Origin: Alphaproteobacteria bacterium
GTDB taxonomy: Bacteria > Pseudomonadota > Alphaproteobacteria > SHVP01
Direction: 5' to 3'
NCBI GenBank assembly: GCA_016869765.1
Contig: VGES01000007.1
Span: 13,708 to 77,707, forward strand
DNA: 64,000 bases
Shown: positions 18,861 to 28,069 of the stretch, in pieces
Layout: each line of letters begins with the position of its first letter
Numbering within the stretch: position 1 is the stretch's first letter
The notes under the pieces: model-generated
Seen by the model: only the letters and a program-made list of their open reading frames with translations
What the model was told of the DNA's origin: nothing
The model's database searches: none
Made by a program: the position numbers and the translations under genes

Positions 18861-19890
18861 CGCTGCGTCGCGTCACTCTGCCGATTAGCTCACCGATGCG
18901 GTAAGGCGGCAAAGCGTCTCTTGGGCATGGGCGAAGTACGATCAGGTCGCGTTCGACTATCCGATGGCCCTCCGGCAGTGGACGACGGGCTCGAATAGCT
19001 CGGCGCTGTAGGACGACAGTTTCCCGTTCATTCTCCATGACTCTTTTTTCGTCGGTGCCCAGGGCTTGTTCGAGTTCGCGTGTGCGGTCGACCATTTCTT
19101 GCCATGACCTAGGATCCATCGAGAAGGCGTGGTCCGGCCCTTTTCTGGAGAGATCATCTGTGAAGTGCTTCTCGATCGCTCTCGCGCCCAACGCGACCGC
19201 ACCGAGGACCGTGGCATGACCAGGAGTATGGTCTGAGAGGCCGAGGACCAAGCCTTCGAACTCGCGGGCGTAAGTCTTTAGGACGTTGAGGGCGACGTGC
19301 CGAAAATTCTCCAGCGCGGCCGTGTAGTTCGTGTTGCATTGCATTAGGACGATGTCTTGTGTCCATCGGCGCACGATCTCGACCGCGGACCGGACTTCAT
19401 GCATTTCTGATGCGCCTGTCGCAAGCAATATCGGTTTTCCGGTTCGAGCCATCGCTTCAATGCTGGCATGCCAAGTGATGTCACCGGATCCAACCTTCCA
19501 CGCACACACATGCTTTGAAAGGTCATCGAGGAGGTCGAGGTCGTAAGGCGCGGTAAAATAGTCGATTCCTGCATCATCGCACGTTTCCTTGAGTATCGGG
19601 CTCCAATCCTGCGGTATTGATGCAGCGCGATAGACCTCCTCGACGGACTTTTCCCATTTGGCTTGGTGGGACTGTTGCTCTCCGAGATCTCGGAACCCCT
19701 TCCCCGAGACGATCGTCTCAGCGCGAAAATTCTGAAACTTTGCGGCATTGGCACCCGCGCTTGCGCAAAGGCGGATCAAATCCTTGGCGCGTTCGATGTC
19801 TCCGTCATGGTTCGCAGCAATGTCGGCGATGAAATAGGTGGGCGAAGTGTCACCAACCTCATGACGACCTATTCGAATCGATGCGGCCAT
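18820..19890 (-). CDS. NeuB-family nonulosonate synthase #3 (PseI/LegI/NeuB-like, with SAF domain)
   Basis: IGRHEVGDTSPTYFIADIAANHDGDIERAKDLIRLCASAGANAAKFQ. C-terminal SAF-like GHRIVERDLIVLRP. Confidence 0.8.
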   Translation of the reverse strand: MAASIRIGRHEVGDTSPTYFIADIAANHDGDIERAKDLIRLCASAGANAAKFQNFRAETIVSGKGFRDLGEQQSHQAKWEKSVEEVYRAASIPQDWSPILKETCDDAGIDYFTAPYDLDLLDDLSKHVCAWKVGSGDITWHASIEAMARTGKPILLATGASEMHEVRSAVEIVRRWTQDIVLMQCNTNYTAALENFRHVALNVLKTYAREFEGLVLGLSDHTPGHATVLGAVALGARAIEKHFTDDLSRKGPDHAFSMDPRSWQEMVDRTRELEQALGTDEKRVMENERETVVLQRRAIRARRPLPEGHRIVERDLIVLRPCPRDALPPYRIGELIGRVTRRSVAEGSCVLLRDVE

Positions 19891-19930
19891 TTGCGTTCCC
19901 CTTGCCCGCGAAGAGTCCTACCGCTCAGTC

Positions 19931-20722
19931 TTACTTCGACGTCGCAAGATACTGGCGCACAAACTGATTGCCCGGAGCGGTCGGATCCGGGTTGCGGTCC
20001 ATGGACATGGAAGCCCGAGCGCTGCGAAGATAAGGGACGTGATTGAGTTCGCTCCAACGCCCCACCAATGTCCAGCGTATGGTGGAACTGGAATTGGGCA
20101 CAGATCCATGAAAAAGGAACGGATGAAACACCAAGGCATCGCCCGCCGCCAAGTCCAATGTGACAACTCTCTCTTCGTCGATCAATGAAAGGGGAAGGGA
20201 CCAGTAGTTTTGTGGTTCCTCGACCCGATGGTGGACGTGCAGCCCCGATCGGTGTGAACCCGGGACGACGCGGAGTCCTCCACGATTTCCCCCGGTATCG
20301 GTTAGCGGAATCCAGATGTTTAGATTCATCAACGACATCAACTCAAGTTCCTGGTGCATAGGGAGGAGACGGTCGTCGCTGGGGTCGTCGATTCGCACCT
20401 GCATGTACCCAGCAAGAAGTGGCGTGCCATAGAGCTTTCGGCCAAATGCGAGAACGGTTTCGTTGGATAGCGCATGTCGTACGCCATGGAGCATGCCGAG
20501 GACGTTGTAGCAGTACGCTTTGATCTCCGGGTGCCTCGTCTTTAGCTGCAAGTACTTCGCATCGACTCCGGCGTGGTCAGTTATCCTTTCCCCGATGGCA
20601 CTCAAAGAGGTGTCAAACACTCTTTCGATCTGATCGAAGATGTCGGAAATCGAGTCGTTGGACAAAAGGCCCCGAAAGACCGCATACCCGTTGCGATCGT
20701 AGTCGTCATCGATTTGGGTCAT
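19931..20722 (-). CDS. Phytanoyl-CoA dioxygenase (PhyH) family Fe(II)/2OG oxygenase
   Basis: NIWIPLTD (metal HxD-equivalent region) and C-terminal FHPFLFHGSVPNSSSTIRWTLVGRW, typical of PhyH-family hydroxylases. Confidence 0.6.
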   Translation of the reverse strand: MTQIDDDYDRNGYAVFRGLLSNDSISDIFDQIERVFDTSLSAIGERITDHAGVDAKYLQLKTRHPEIKAYCYNVLGMLHGVRHALSNETVLAFGRKLYGTPLLAGYMQVRIDDPSDDRLLPMHQELELMSLMNLNIWIPLTDTGGNRGGLRVVPGSHRSGLHVHHRVEEPQNYWSLPLSLIDEERVVTLDLAAGDALVFHPFLFHGSVPNSSSTIRWTLVGRWSELNHVPYLRSARASMSMDRNPDPTAPGNQFVRQYLATSK

Positions 20723-20731
20723 TTGATCTTT

Positions 20732-21478
20732 TCAACCACCATCCGGTTGCGTGGGTTGAGGGGACATTTTGTTGTTCCTCGTCGCGGTGATTTCCCAGCT
20801 AGCACGTACAGTGCCTCCGAGCGCATCGCGCCTCAGGACGTGCTGAAGGTCGACGATGGCGAAATATTCGCCGAACAAAGCCTCGATGTCGCGCGGCGAC
20901 ACGAAGAACATCGTCCCTTCCTCGTCGTATGGTGTGCCACGAAAGTGGTTGTAGCTACCGTCTCCGAGGGGGTGGCCGCCGGAAACATGGGTGTCAGCGG
21001 TGCTAAACATGTGGCTATAGAGGAGGCCGCCTCTATCCAACACCCTCGCAATTTCTTCGATCGCCCTTTCGACAATGGAGCGGGCGTTGTGTGAGACCGC
21101 GGCCCGGTCGATGACAGCTTGGAACGAGCTAGTCGGCCAAGGAAGGGCATCTAGCCTCCCGACCCGAAAATCGGCGTCGTAGCCTTCTCCGGCCAGAAGC
21201 TTCCGTGCATGATCGATTGCCGTTGGCGAGCCGTCGATACCGTGCGCTGAGAATCCTTCACGTGCTAGAAACCAAACGGTATTGCCAGCACCGCAACCTA
21301 CATCGAGGATGCGAATGGATCGCCGCTCGACCCAATTTGCATCGGCAAAGCGTCTCATGACTGCGGCGACCACCCCCTGATAGGGGTAACGATTGAGCTG
21401 TCGTCCACGGCCATAAATCTGGCGCTCCCAGTGGTCGGACTGGGCGGCGGAAGGGCTATTCCCTTGGTCTCCGGTCAC
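20732..21478 (-). CDS. Class I SAM-dependent methyltransferase
   Basis: Motif I ILDVGCGAGNTVWFLAREG. Confidence 0.7.
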   Translation of the reverse strand: MTGDQGNSPSAAQSDHWERQIYGRGRQLNRYPYQGVVAAVMRRFADANWVERRSIRILDVGCGAGNTVWFLAREGFSAHGIDGSPTAIDHARKLLAGEGYDADFRVGRLDALPWPTSSFQAVIDRAAVSHNARSIVERAIEEIARVLDRGGLLYSHMFSTADTHVSGGHPLGDGSYNHFRGTPYDEEGTMFFVSPRDIEALFGEYFAIVDLQHVLRRDALGGTVRASWEITATRNNKMSPQPTQPDGG

Positions 21479-21487
21479 CGCCCCGCC

Positions 21488-22612
21488 TCAAGGATTCGCT
21501 GGTCGCGATAACCAGTGGGCCGGGTGATCGGTTGGGTGTACCGAGTTCGCGCGCCCAGAGAGCTCTTTCTTAATGCGGTCGTCAATCATCAATCCCGGCC
21601 GCCTGGTCCATGGCACCAGTCGGTTAGCGTCTTCTTGGTAGTCGAGAAATGCGTTCAGTGCTTGCTCAGAGCTCATCGACAATTCGTAGCCCTCGGACGT
21701 CATCTCATGCCGGCAGATCCATTCTATTGCCCCCAAAGCCTCGACAGGCAGCACGCTTCTCCACGTTTGCGAAGCCGGACTCTGCCCTGGGTGACTTGAG
21801 TTTCCCCGCCATCGTCCGCCTTGTTCTGTCATAAATTCTGATGGCCCGGTTGACCAGAACTCGTCGCCGATCTCGAGAAATGAGGACACGCGCGCCAGAG
21901 TTTTCGGGGTGTCTGCCACCATTTCTTCGAAGGAAAGCAGCAACACTCGATCGGCGAATCGAGCCTTCAGTTCGCGCCTATACTGTGCGGCCGTAGTCCA
22001 CATACGACCTACGAAAAGAAGTGGATGGAGGCCATCCGGGTTCCGGGATGCTCCAATCGGGTAGTTCCTCGAGGCCAGAACACCGCGTGGATCGCGAATA
22101 ATGTGAACAATACGAAGCGTCCGATCGGTGGCTACCAGTGGCGCCAACAGTTCTTCGACATAGACCTCTTTGAGTCCAACCCACGATCCCGCCGGCGCAC
22201 GGCGATATTCGGCCAATATCCCAAACAACGAATCAAGCAGTTGTGACGGGGTTGAACCGGTCAGTCGCTTTGTCACCAGTTCATCGAAAGTGACCGGCAG
22301 AGCATCTTCCTCGCCTGCCGCTCGCAGTCGTTGCTGAAGCTCGATGAGTTCGTTGGCGATCTTCGCGACGTCATATCGACCGATTGCAAGCTCTGATGGC
22401 CAATGGTCATCTCGGTCACGCAGGAAAGAAATGCCCATTGGGTCCGAGGGGTTTGACGCCAGAAATCCGCCATCATGCAGCAAGCGCCTGAGGCCCAGGA
22501 AGAGGGGAAGGGCGGGTTGATGAACGACAGAACACAGCGGATGCCGGTCGATCGTCTTCTGCAAAATCGTCGTACCCGAGCGGTAGGTTCCGCAAAGGAC
22601 TAGATGCTTCAT
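21488..22612 (-). CDS. Sulfotransferase-domain protein (PAPS-dependent)
   Basis: 5-prime PSB loop LVLCGTYRSGTTIL and 3-prime PB-like IIRDPRGVLASR. Confidence 0.65.
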   Translation of the reverse strand: MKHLVLCGTYRSGTTILQKTIDRHPLCSVVHQPALPLFLGLRRLLHDGGFLASNPSDPMGISFLRDRDDHWPSELAIGRYDVAKIANELIELQQRLRAAGEEDALPVTFDELVTKRLTGSTPSQLLDSLFGILAEYRRAPAGSWVGLKEVYVEELLAPLVATDRTLRIVHIIRDPRGVLASRNYPIGASRNPDGLHPLLFVGRMWTTAAQYRRELKARFADRVLLLSFEEMVADTPKTLARVSSFLEIGDEFWSTGPSEFMTEQGGRWRGNSSHPGQSPASQTWRSVLPVEALGAIEWICRHEMTSEGYELSMSSEQALNAFLDYQEDANRLVPWTRRPGLMIDDRIKKELSGRANSVHPTDHPAHWLSRPANP

Positions 22613-22710
22613 GCGGCGTTCAATTTCACCGCCGACAACCTGTGCGTTCCACTGTTGGTGTCAGGCGTCACGTCCTGTTTCAACCAGACCGGCGCTGTTT
22701 GACGGTGCAC

Positions 22711-23826
22711 CTAGCTCTTTCCGAGATATCCATCCGGCAGCGCACCAGCGAGGGCGACCGGCATAGCTTGTCGATCGGGCTTGCGGCTTGCGCGCACGAG
22801 CACTTCTTTCGAATAAATCTGACACTTTCGGCAAGTGTCGGGGAGCGGTTTCGTTACACCGAAGGTTGCAATGGCTTGTCGCAAGGAGCGATATTTCGAG
22901 TTGTTCCATATCTCAAGCAGATCGCTGGTACGGATGTTGCCCATCCTCAGTTCGCCGGTGATGTCATAGCAGCAAGCAGTAACTTCCCCATTGGCCCGGA
23001 CAACGATTTCATTGAACGGCATTGTGCACAATCCGAGGCCTGCCTTGGTGGCATGGCCCTCAGCGGTCGAGATCTCAAGCCCCTGTTGAGTTGCACTTTC
23101 AGCGGTCAGCCCAGGCCAGCGCATGGCATGCCCGGAATGAATCGTGCCAGGACCGAAATCATCGGCAAGAAATTTCGGTACCTGCGGTCGTGAGCCAAGT
23201 TCCGCCCGGGATGGGATTCGAATGTTGTGGATCAAGATACGAGTCTTGTCGAGAATCTTTCTCGCGCGAAGGACGTTCTCTCGAACCTTGAAATAGTTGC
23301 TTCTGATTCGGATGGCATCGTTTTCCAGCGGAGTGTCGCCATCGATCGAAACAATGATGGTGTCGACTTCGGACTCCGAGAGCTTTCTGCATGCTTGTTC
23401 GGTCAACAACATGCCGTTGGTGTGAAAATCTGTTCTTTCGACGCTCGTCTCTTTCTTTGTGCGGGAGAGCATCTCGGCAAGGCGAGGGTTCAGAAGAGGT
23501 TCTCCACTGAAGTAGAACGCGGCGTGCTTGATGCTCTTGATTGGGGTGATCTGGCCAATAATCCTATCGAAGAGCGTTGCATCCATGATGTCCTTATTGG
23601 GCGTTCCGGCGACAGCAGCCGCACCGGTTGGGCAATGGGTGCAACGAAGGTTGCACGCACTTGCTGGCTCGATGCGAATTCGTCTAGGGGAGGCAAGTCG
23701 GTATCTACGAAGGATTGCCGGTATCCCCCATTCTATGGCGTAAGGCCAAAGTCGATGGACCTCGCGTAACGGACGTTCGACCACGCCGGGGAGCAAAGAA
23801 ACGAATAACTTCCTGAGCTTTTTCAT
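22711..23826 (-). CDS. Radical SAM enzyme with SPASM/twitch-type C-terminal Cys cluster (anSME/peptide-maturase-like family)
   Basis: IRIEPASACNLRCTHCPTG (C-x3-C-x2-C) and C-terminal Cys pairs ...GEVTACCYD...CRKCQIY. Confidence 0.75.
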   Translation of the reverse strand: MKKLRKLFVSLLPGVVERPLREVHRLWPYAIEWGIPAILRRYRLASPRRIRIEPASACNLRCTHCPTGAAAVAGTPNKDIMDATLFDRIIGQITPIKSIKHAAFYFSGEPLLNPRLAEMLSRTKKETSVERTDFHTNGMLLTEQACRKLSESEVDTIIVSIDGDTPLENDAIRIRSNYFKVRENVLRARKILDKTRILIHNIRIPSRAELGSRPQVPKFLADDFGPGTIHSGHAMRWPGLTAESATQQGLEISTAEGHATKAGLGLCTMPFNEIVVRANGEVTACCYDITGELRMGNIRTSDLLEIWNNSKYRSLRQAIATFGVTKPLPDTCRKCQIYSKEVLVRASRKPDRQAMPVALAGALPDGYLGKS

Positions 23827-23989
23827 TCTGTCCGGTGTCTAGCGAAGTTGCGCCATATGAAGGGCATTCTACGTAATGCTCACGAGATGGGCACGATTGA
23901 TCATGACGCCCGGGGCGTCCTGCCTCCTATAACTCTGCCGCACCTCGAGCCTCCCGATGCGCGCAATGTCCCCGTTCAGGATGAGGATA

Positions 23990-25369
23990 TCACCCGTTCT
24001 TCCCTCGCGAACCCCTGATCACTGAACTGAAGTGGGCAACGTACTCGTCTTGAGCCGTTGGCGTTAAGGGTGAAACGTATTTCTCGAATAGCGCTCGGTA
24101 AGCGGAGTAGTAGGGCTCCGGGAGTCTTCTCGTGTCTAGTCCGGTCTGCATCAAGGTCGTCAGCTCTTCCGGAGATCGTGCCACCAATAGCCCTTCGAAC
24201 GCGTCACGATATAGGATGCGCTGATCATAGTACTCGGTTCGGACTTCGTCGAAGTGGGGGACAATGACGTAGCGCCGCGCAACGCCGGCTTCGATCAGCG
24301 TTGTGGAGTTTATCCCGACCACGACATCGCTTCTGAGGATCAGATTTTGAGCGTCCGGTTTGCTCGAAATTACGAGATTTGGAATCGTCTTTGGGTCGAT
24401 GGATGCGGCGGTCAATGCCAAACGAAAGTTCCGACGCCATTCATCTTCTGCATCTGATTTCGGTTTGATCACAACTTCGATCCCGGAGTTGTTCATAGCG
24501 AAGCGGGTGATTGTCACGGCGACCCGATCGAAATAGTCGCGCGCCATATCCGGGGGAAACGTGCCGCCTGTCCCACCGACAAGGTTGAACGGAAAGAACG
24601 TCAGTCGTCGATGGGGTGCTTCATTGTCCGGTAGTGCCGCAATTCGACGGAGAAAACGATCCATCCGGATAGCGCCCAGCGTGACCACACGATCCGCAGG
24701 CGCTACACCACATTCGATGAGGTGTCGTCTCGCGATCTCATTGTGGACGACAATCGAATCCCCCTCGAACGAAAACTTGAGCAGCGAGAGCCGCTCTCGG
24801 ATTCTTTTGAGCAATGCCGGGGACGCGTAGAGATTCTCACGATGCAAAACGACGTATGGAACCCTAAGTTCCTGGGACACAGCACCCCAGTCGAAGTCTA
24901 ACCCAAAATGGATGTGCGGACTGATGACGCAGTCGGCTCCTATGCGCCGATACAAGATCGGCAAGAAAGCGGCGAGAAAGGAACGATACCGGGATTTGGA
25001 GCGTAGCTGCTTCGAGTCCCCGTCCGGGTTGACGATCTGGCGCCAAGACGTTCGGCGGTCGTAGAAGCAATAGACGAGACGGCGAAGCCATTCTGCCGAC
25101 AATTCCAGGACACGCAACCTGCCATCGGCCGCAAGAATTTCTGGGTCGCCACGAAAACTCTCGCCCAACAGGGCGAGCACCGTTGGACGGCCCTGCTGAT
25201 GCCGCCAGCGACTAACCTGGCGTCCGTCAGGCGTACGCTCTTTTGTAGCACGTGCGAAGACGATGGCCAGCAACCTATAGGCACGTGCAGCAACGAGAAG
25301 CTTGACGACTGCCGTCTTGCCACGATGGCGGCTCGGCCAGTACCGGGTAATCTCACGTCTGATCAACAC
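23990..25369 (-). CDS. Hypothetical large cytoplasmic protein, possibly GT-B-like transferase
   Basis: 459-aa ORF, coding-like. It sits between the FemAB-like and radical SAM genes. No confident family assignment from sequence. Confidence 0.3.
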   Translation of the reverse strand: MLIRREITRYWPSRHRGKTAVVKLLVAARAYRLLAIVFARATKERTPDGRQVSRWRHQQGRPTVLALLGESFRGDPEILAADGRLRVLELSAEWLRRLVYCFYDRRTSWRQIVNPDGDSKQLRSKSRYRSFLAAFLPILYRRIGADCVISPHIHFGLDFDWGAVSQELRVPYVVLHRENLYASPALLKRIRERLSLLKFSFEGDSIVVHNEIARRHLIECGVAPADRVVTLGAIRMDRFLRRIAALPDNEAPHRRLTFFPFNLVGGTGGTFPPDMARDYFDRVAVTITRFAMNNSGIEVVIKPKSDAEDEWRRNFRLALTAASIDPKTIPNLVISSKPDAQNLILRSDVVVGINSTTLIEAGVARRYVIVPHFDEVRTEYYDQRILYRDAFEGLLVARSPEELTTLMQTGLDTRRLPEPYYSAYRALFEKYVSPLTPTAQDEYVAHFSSVIRGSRGKNG

Positions 25370-25420
25370 AACAATACTCGTTCCAATCGATCTTTCATGG
25401 GGCCGCCTTGGAGCAGTGCC

Positions 25421-26389
25421 TCATAGGTGAATGTCAAAGAACAGTCGAGGCGATGCACCAAGACTGTGCTTGAAGTCGGCCCGCGCGGGCGAGTTCGCAC
25501 CGTTGAAGTCCGCCCACTGGAGTTTCTTGTCGAAGACCCGATTGACAAAAGCGACGCACGCCATAGTCGCAGCCCCCGCGAGGCGACCGTCATCGATGGA
25601 CGCATTAGCCACAGCGTGGCCGCTACGAGAGTCGTACAGCGCAAGCTGCGCTGCGACCGGCTCACGATCTCGATCGGTGACAAATAGTATTTCCCCGATA
25701 CTTTCGGTCACGGCCGCCGTCGCCATCGCTCGGAGAGCCCGCCGGTGGTCAGCGGAAACCAGAGTTCCCTGGCGCTCGAACATCGCCGAGTACAGCCTTA
25801 AGAGAAGATCGACATCATTTCCGGAGCTTACCGTGAGACCTTCCTGTTGCGCCCTTCTCAGGTCTTGCCGACGGTCCTTTCGCCCAGCTTTGAGAACCGC
25901 CTCTACGCTGCGCAACTCTGAGCAATCGAGTAGGGCCGTATAGCGAGGCGTGATGGTACACCGGCGTTGGCCTGGTCTCCCGTAGTTGAACCAATCGAAG
26001 CCCCTGATATCCGTAATCGAATGGTGAAGGCCAAAGTGCAGTTGGCCATATTCACGGGTCAGCGTTTCGAGCAACAGGTTGGTCAGGGTCAATAGCCAAA
26101 ACGATTTGCGGGGAATCGGTAGCCCGTCAACATCGGGACTAAACATCACGCCCTGGTAGTAGGCGAACGGCATTCCCGGCAGCACATTCCCCGCTCGACG
26201 CAGTACCGCCACACCGGCCTTGATCTCACCATTTCGGGCGACGAACCATATGTCGGATACGAGATCGTGATACTTAAGAAGCCGGCCATCTTGGAACACC
26301 GTTCCCTGGAGAGAACTCGTTACAAGCAAGCTCCAATCGTCGCCTTCTGAAGAGCCGCGAAAAACCTCGAGGCCGGGGACTGGCAGCAT
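25421..26389 (-). CDS. FemAB-like / GNAT-fold acyl(aminoacyl)transferase, putative
   Basis: Size (about 320 aa) and composition resemble FemAB-family (BioF2-like) transferases. Weak motif-level support only. Confidence 0.4.
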   Translation of the reverse strand: MLPVPGLEVFRGSSEGDDWSLLVTSSLQGTVFQDGRLLKYHDLVSDIWFVARNGEIKAGVAVLRRAGNVLPGMPFAYYQGVMFSPDVDGLPIPRKSFWLLTLTNLLLETLTREYGQLHFGLHHSITDIRGFDWFNYGRPGQRRCTITPRYTALLDCSELRSVEAVLKAGRKDRRQDLRRAQQEGLTVSSGNDVDLLLRLYSAMFERQGTLVSADHRRALRAMATAAVTESIGEILFVTDRDREPVAAQLALYDSRSGHAVANASIDDGRLAGAATMACVAFVNRVFDKKLQWADFNGANSPARADFKHSLGASPRLFFDIHL

Positions 26390-26446
26390 GTCTTGGTTAG
26401 CTCTTTGATTCCGTCAGTATCAGAATCCGCGCGGCATCCCTCGGTC

Positions 26447-28069
26447 TCATCGGATGTCCCCCGCTGGTATCAAGTAGCGCCGGGCATATTCGTCTGAACG
26501 ACGCATCGGGGCTTCCATAGCTGCGTTCGCCAGATCGGCTGGGTCGAACACGATTTCAAGTCCATTGGTCAATCTCGCTTTGACCCATGCGCAACGCGAA
26601 TCGAGGGATACGCGCTCCGATGCATTCCAGCATTGCCCTTCTATTTCGAGCACCACGATTGGCGTTTCGGTCATGAGGGCCTCACCGAAAGTGGTTGTCG
26701 AAACATAGCTGAAGATCAGCAGGTCACTTTCATCGATGATGTGAATGAATGGCTGCCGAACCACGCGCTGGCATGAGGATCTCATGATGGCATCAACCTC
26801 GTTTGGTGCCTCGGGGTGAGCCTTGTAGATGACGTCGTAACCGTTAGACATAAGAACCTTCGCCATTCTCAATTCCACATCGAGGCGTGGACTGAAGAAC
26901 AGAGCCACATCTGTCGGGGCCCGTCGAAACGAGTGGTTGTAGCCAACAATCATCGCGGTTTTGCCCGTGGTCTTCTTCCTCGTCGTCGCAGAGCGAGAAC
27001 GCAAATTATTCCATCGATTGGGGATCACCGAGAAAGTGATCTCGCGAACCTTGGGCACCACGGCGATTTCGGCGCGATCAATCGCCGAGTGCATCGCAGC
27101 TGTCGATTCACACAGATACTCGGTGCAGACTGCGTAGTCGTTGTAACAGATGATGTCGTTGACGATGTGGCCTGCGTTGTGGCCATGCTGTGTACCAATT
27201 ACAGGAACACCCCTTCGCTTGTTCGCTAGTGCCAAGACACGATAGAAGGGTGGGGCTCCGGCTCCCAAGAGAACTCCAGCCGGGCGAACGGTTTCTTGGA
27301 TACCGGCGGTCAATCCAGCAAGGGTTTGCAGGCGCTTGATCCAGGCGTATTTGAGGTCGTCGATCGATATCTCTCCGCCCAGGTCGCCACAGGCACGGAC
27401 GATCTTGGCGGCGCAAGTATCGATTGCGTCGAGCAGCGACGGCGGCAACGGCCGATCGTCGTGGTCCATCCAAAGGGTGGCAAAATCCAAATTATCAACG
27501 AACCAGCCTTGTCGAACTGAGTAAGCTTCTAGCATTGGAGAAAGGTGCCCGACCACTAGCGCGGTTGGTCCAGTCTGGCCAATGAGTCTGCGAAGCAGGG
27601 GGACTCCTGGGTTGGCGCCAATGCGCCGCTTGATCCTGCGGACGCGAGAACGTATCGACGATCCGCGGGCGAGCGCCACCCGATGTTGAATCGCGAGATG
27701 CCCCCAATCAGGCCGATAGTAGGTGGCCGCGTGCGGCCCGACGTCTAAGGTGAGGCCGTATTCTTCGGCCTTGCGGGCGGTCGCCGACGAGTGGCCGATC
27801 TGGATTAAGACATCCAGTATGCGCACATCAGCCAAGAACAAGTCTTGGTCGCTGCCCGCGAGACCGTCAACAGCCTCCTTGAAGGCTTGGTAGACCGTGC
27901 CGCAAAAACCTAGGAAGTCGTCTTCGGGAATAGGCCAAGGGGGAGGTCGAGCCGTCGAACCAAAGCCGAGCCTCTGGTAGCTGACAACATCAGTCGCGAG
28001 AGTCCGACCGACCGTAGTGGCATCGAGCGTCCTATGTCTCGTCGGTGGTGAGAACTCGCGGCTTCTCAT
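26447..28069 (-). CDS. Large GT-B-like protein with K-x-HP motif (putative nonulosonate/Kdo transferase)
   Basis: Start reassigned to the internal ATG at 28069, which overlaps the upstream stop (ATGA). The ORF-track N-terminal 88 aa are Arg-rich junk. Contains VIYKAHPEAPNE ... FSYVSTTTFGEALMTETPIVVLE, the same K-x-HP architecture as the 3654-5258 protein. Confidence 0.35.
   Translation of the reverse strand: MRSREFSPPTRHRTLDATTVGRTLATDVVSYQRLGFGSTARPPPWPIPEDDFLGFCGTVYQAFKEAVDGLAGSDQDLFLADVRILDVLIQIGHSSATARKAEEYGLTLDVGPHAATYYRPDWGHLAIQHRVALARGSSIRSRVRRIKRRIGANPGVPLLRRLIGQTGPTALVVGHLSPMLEAYSVRQGWFVDNLDFATLWMDHDDRPLPPSLLDAIDTCAAKIVRACGDLGGEISIDDLKYAWIKRLQTLAGLTAGIQETVRPAGVLLGAGAPPFYRVLALANKRRGVPVIGTQHGHNAGHIVNDIICYNDYAVCTEYLCESTAAMHSAIDRAEIAVVPKVREITFSVIPNRWNNLRSRSATTRKKTTGKTAMIVGYNHSFRRAPTDVALFFSPRLDVELRMAKVLMSNGYDVIYKAHPEAPNEVDAIMRSSCQRVVRQPFIHIIDESDLLIFSYVSTTTFGEALMTETPIVVLEIEGQCWNASERVSLDSRCAWVKARLTNGLEIVFDPADLANAAMEAPMRRSDEYARRYLIPAGDIR

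Noticed and set aside
23823-23867. 14-codon upstream ORF (MPFIWRNFARHRTE) whose TGA overlaps the ATG of the SPASM radical SAM gene
   Set aside because: Tempting as a leader or precursor peptide for a SPASM maturase, but 14 aa is far shorter than known RiPP precursors. It lacks a recognisable core (no Cys/Ser/Thr) and could arise by chance in a 160-nt gap. Kept only as a note.
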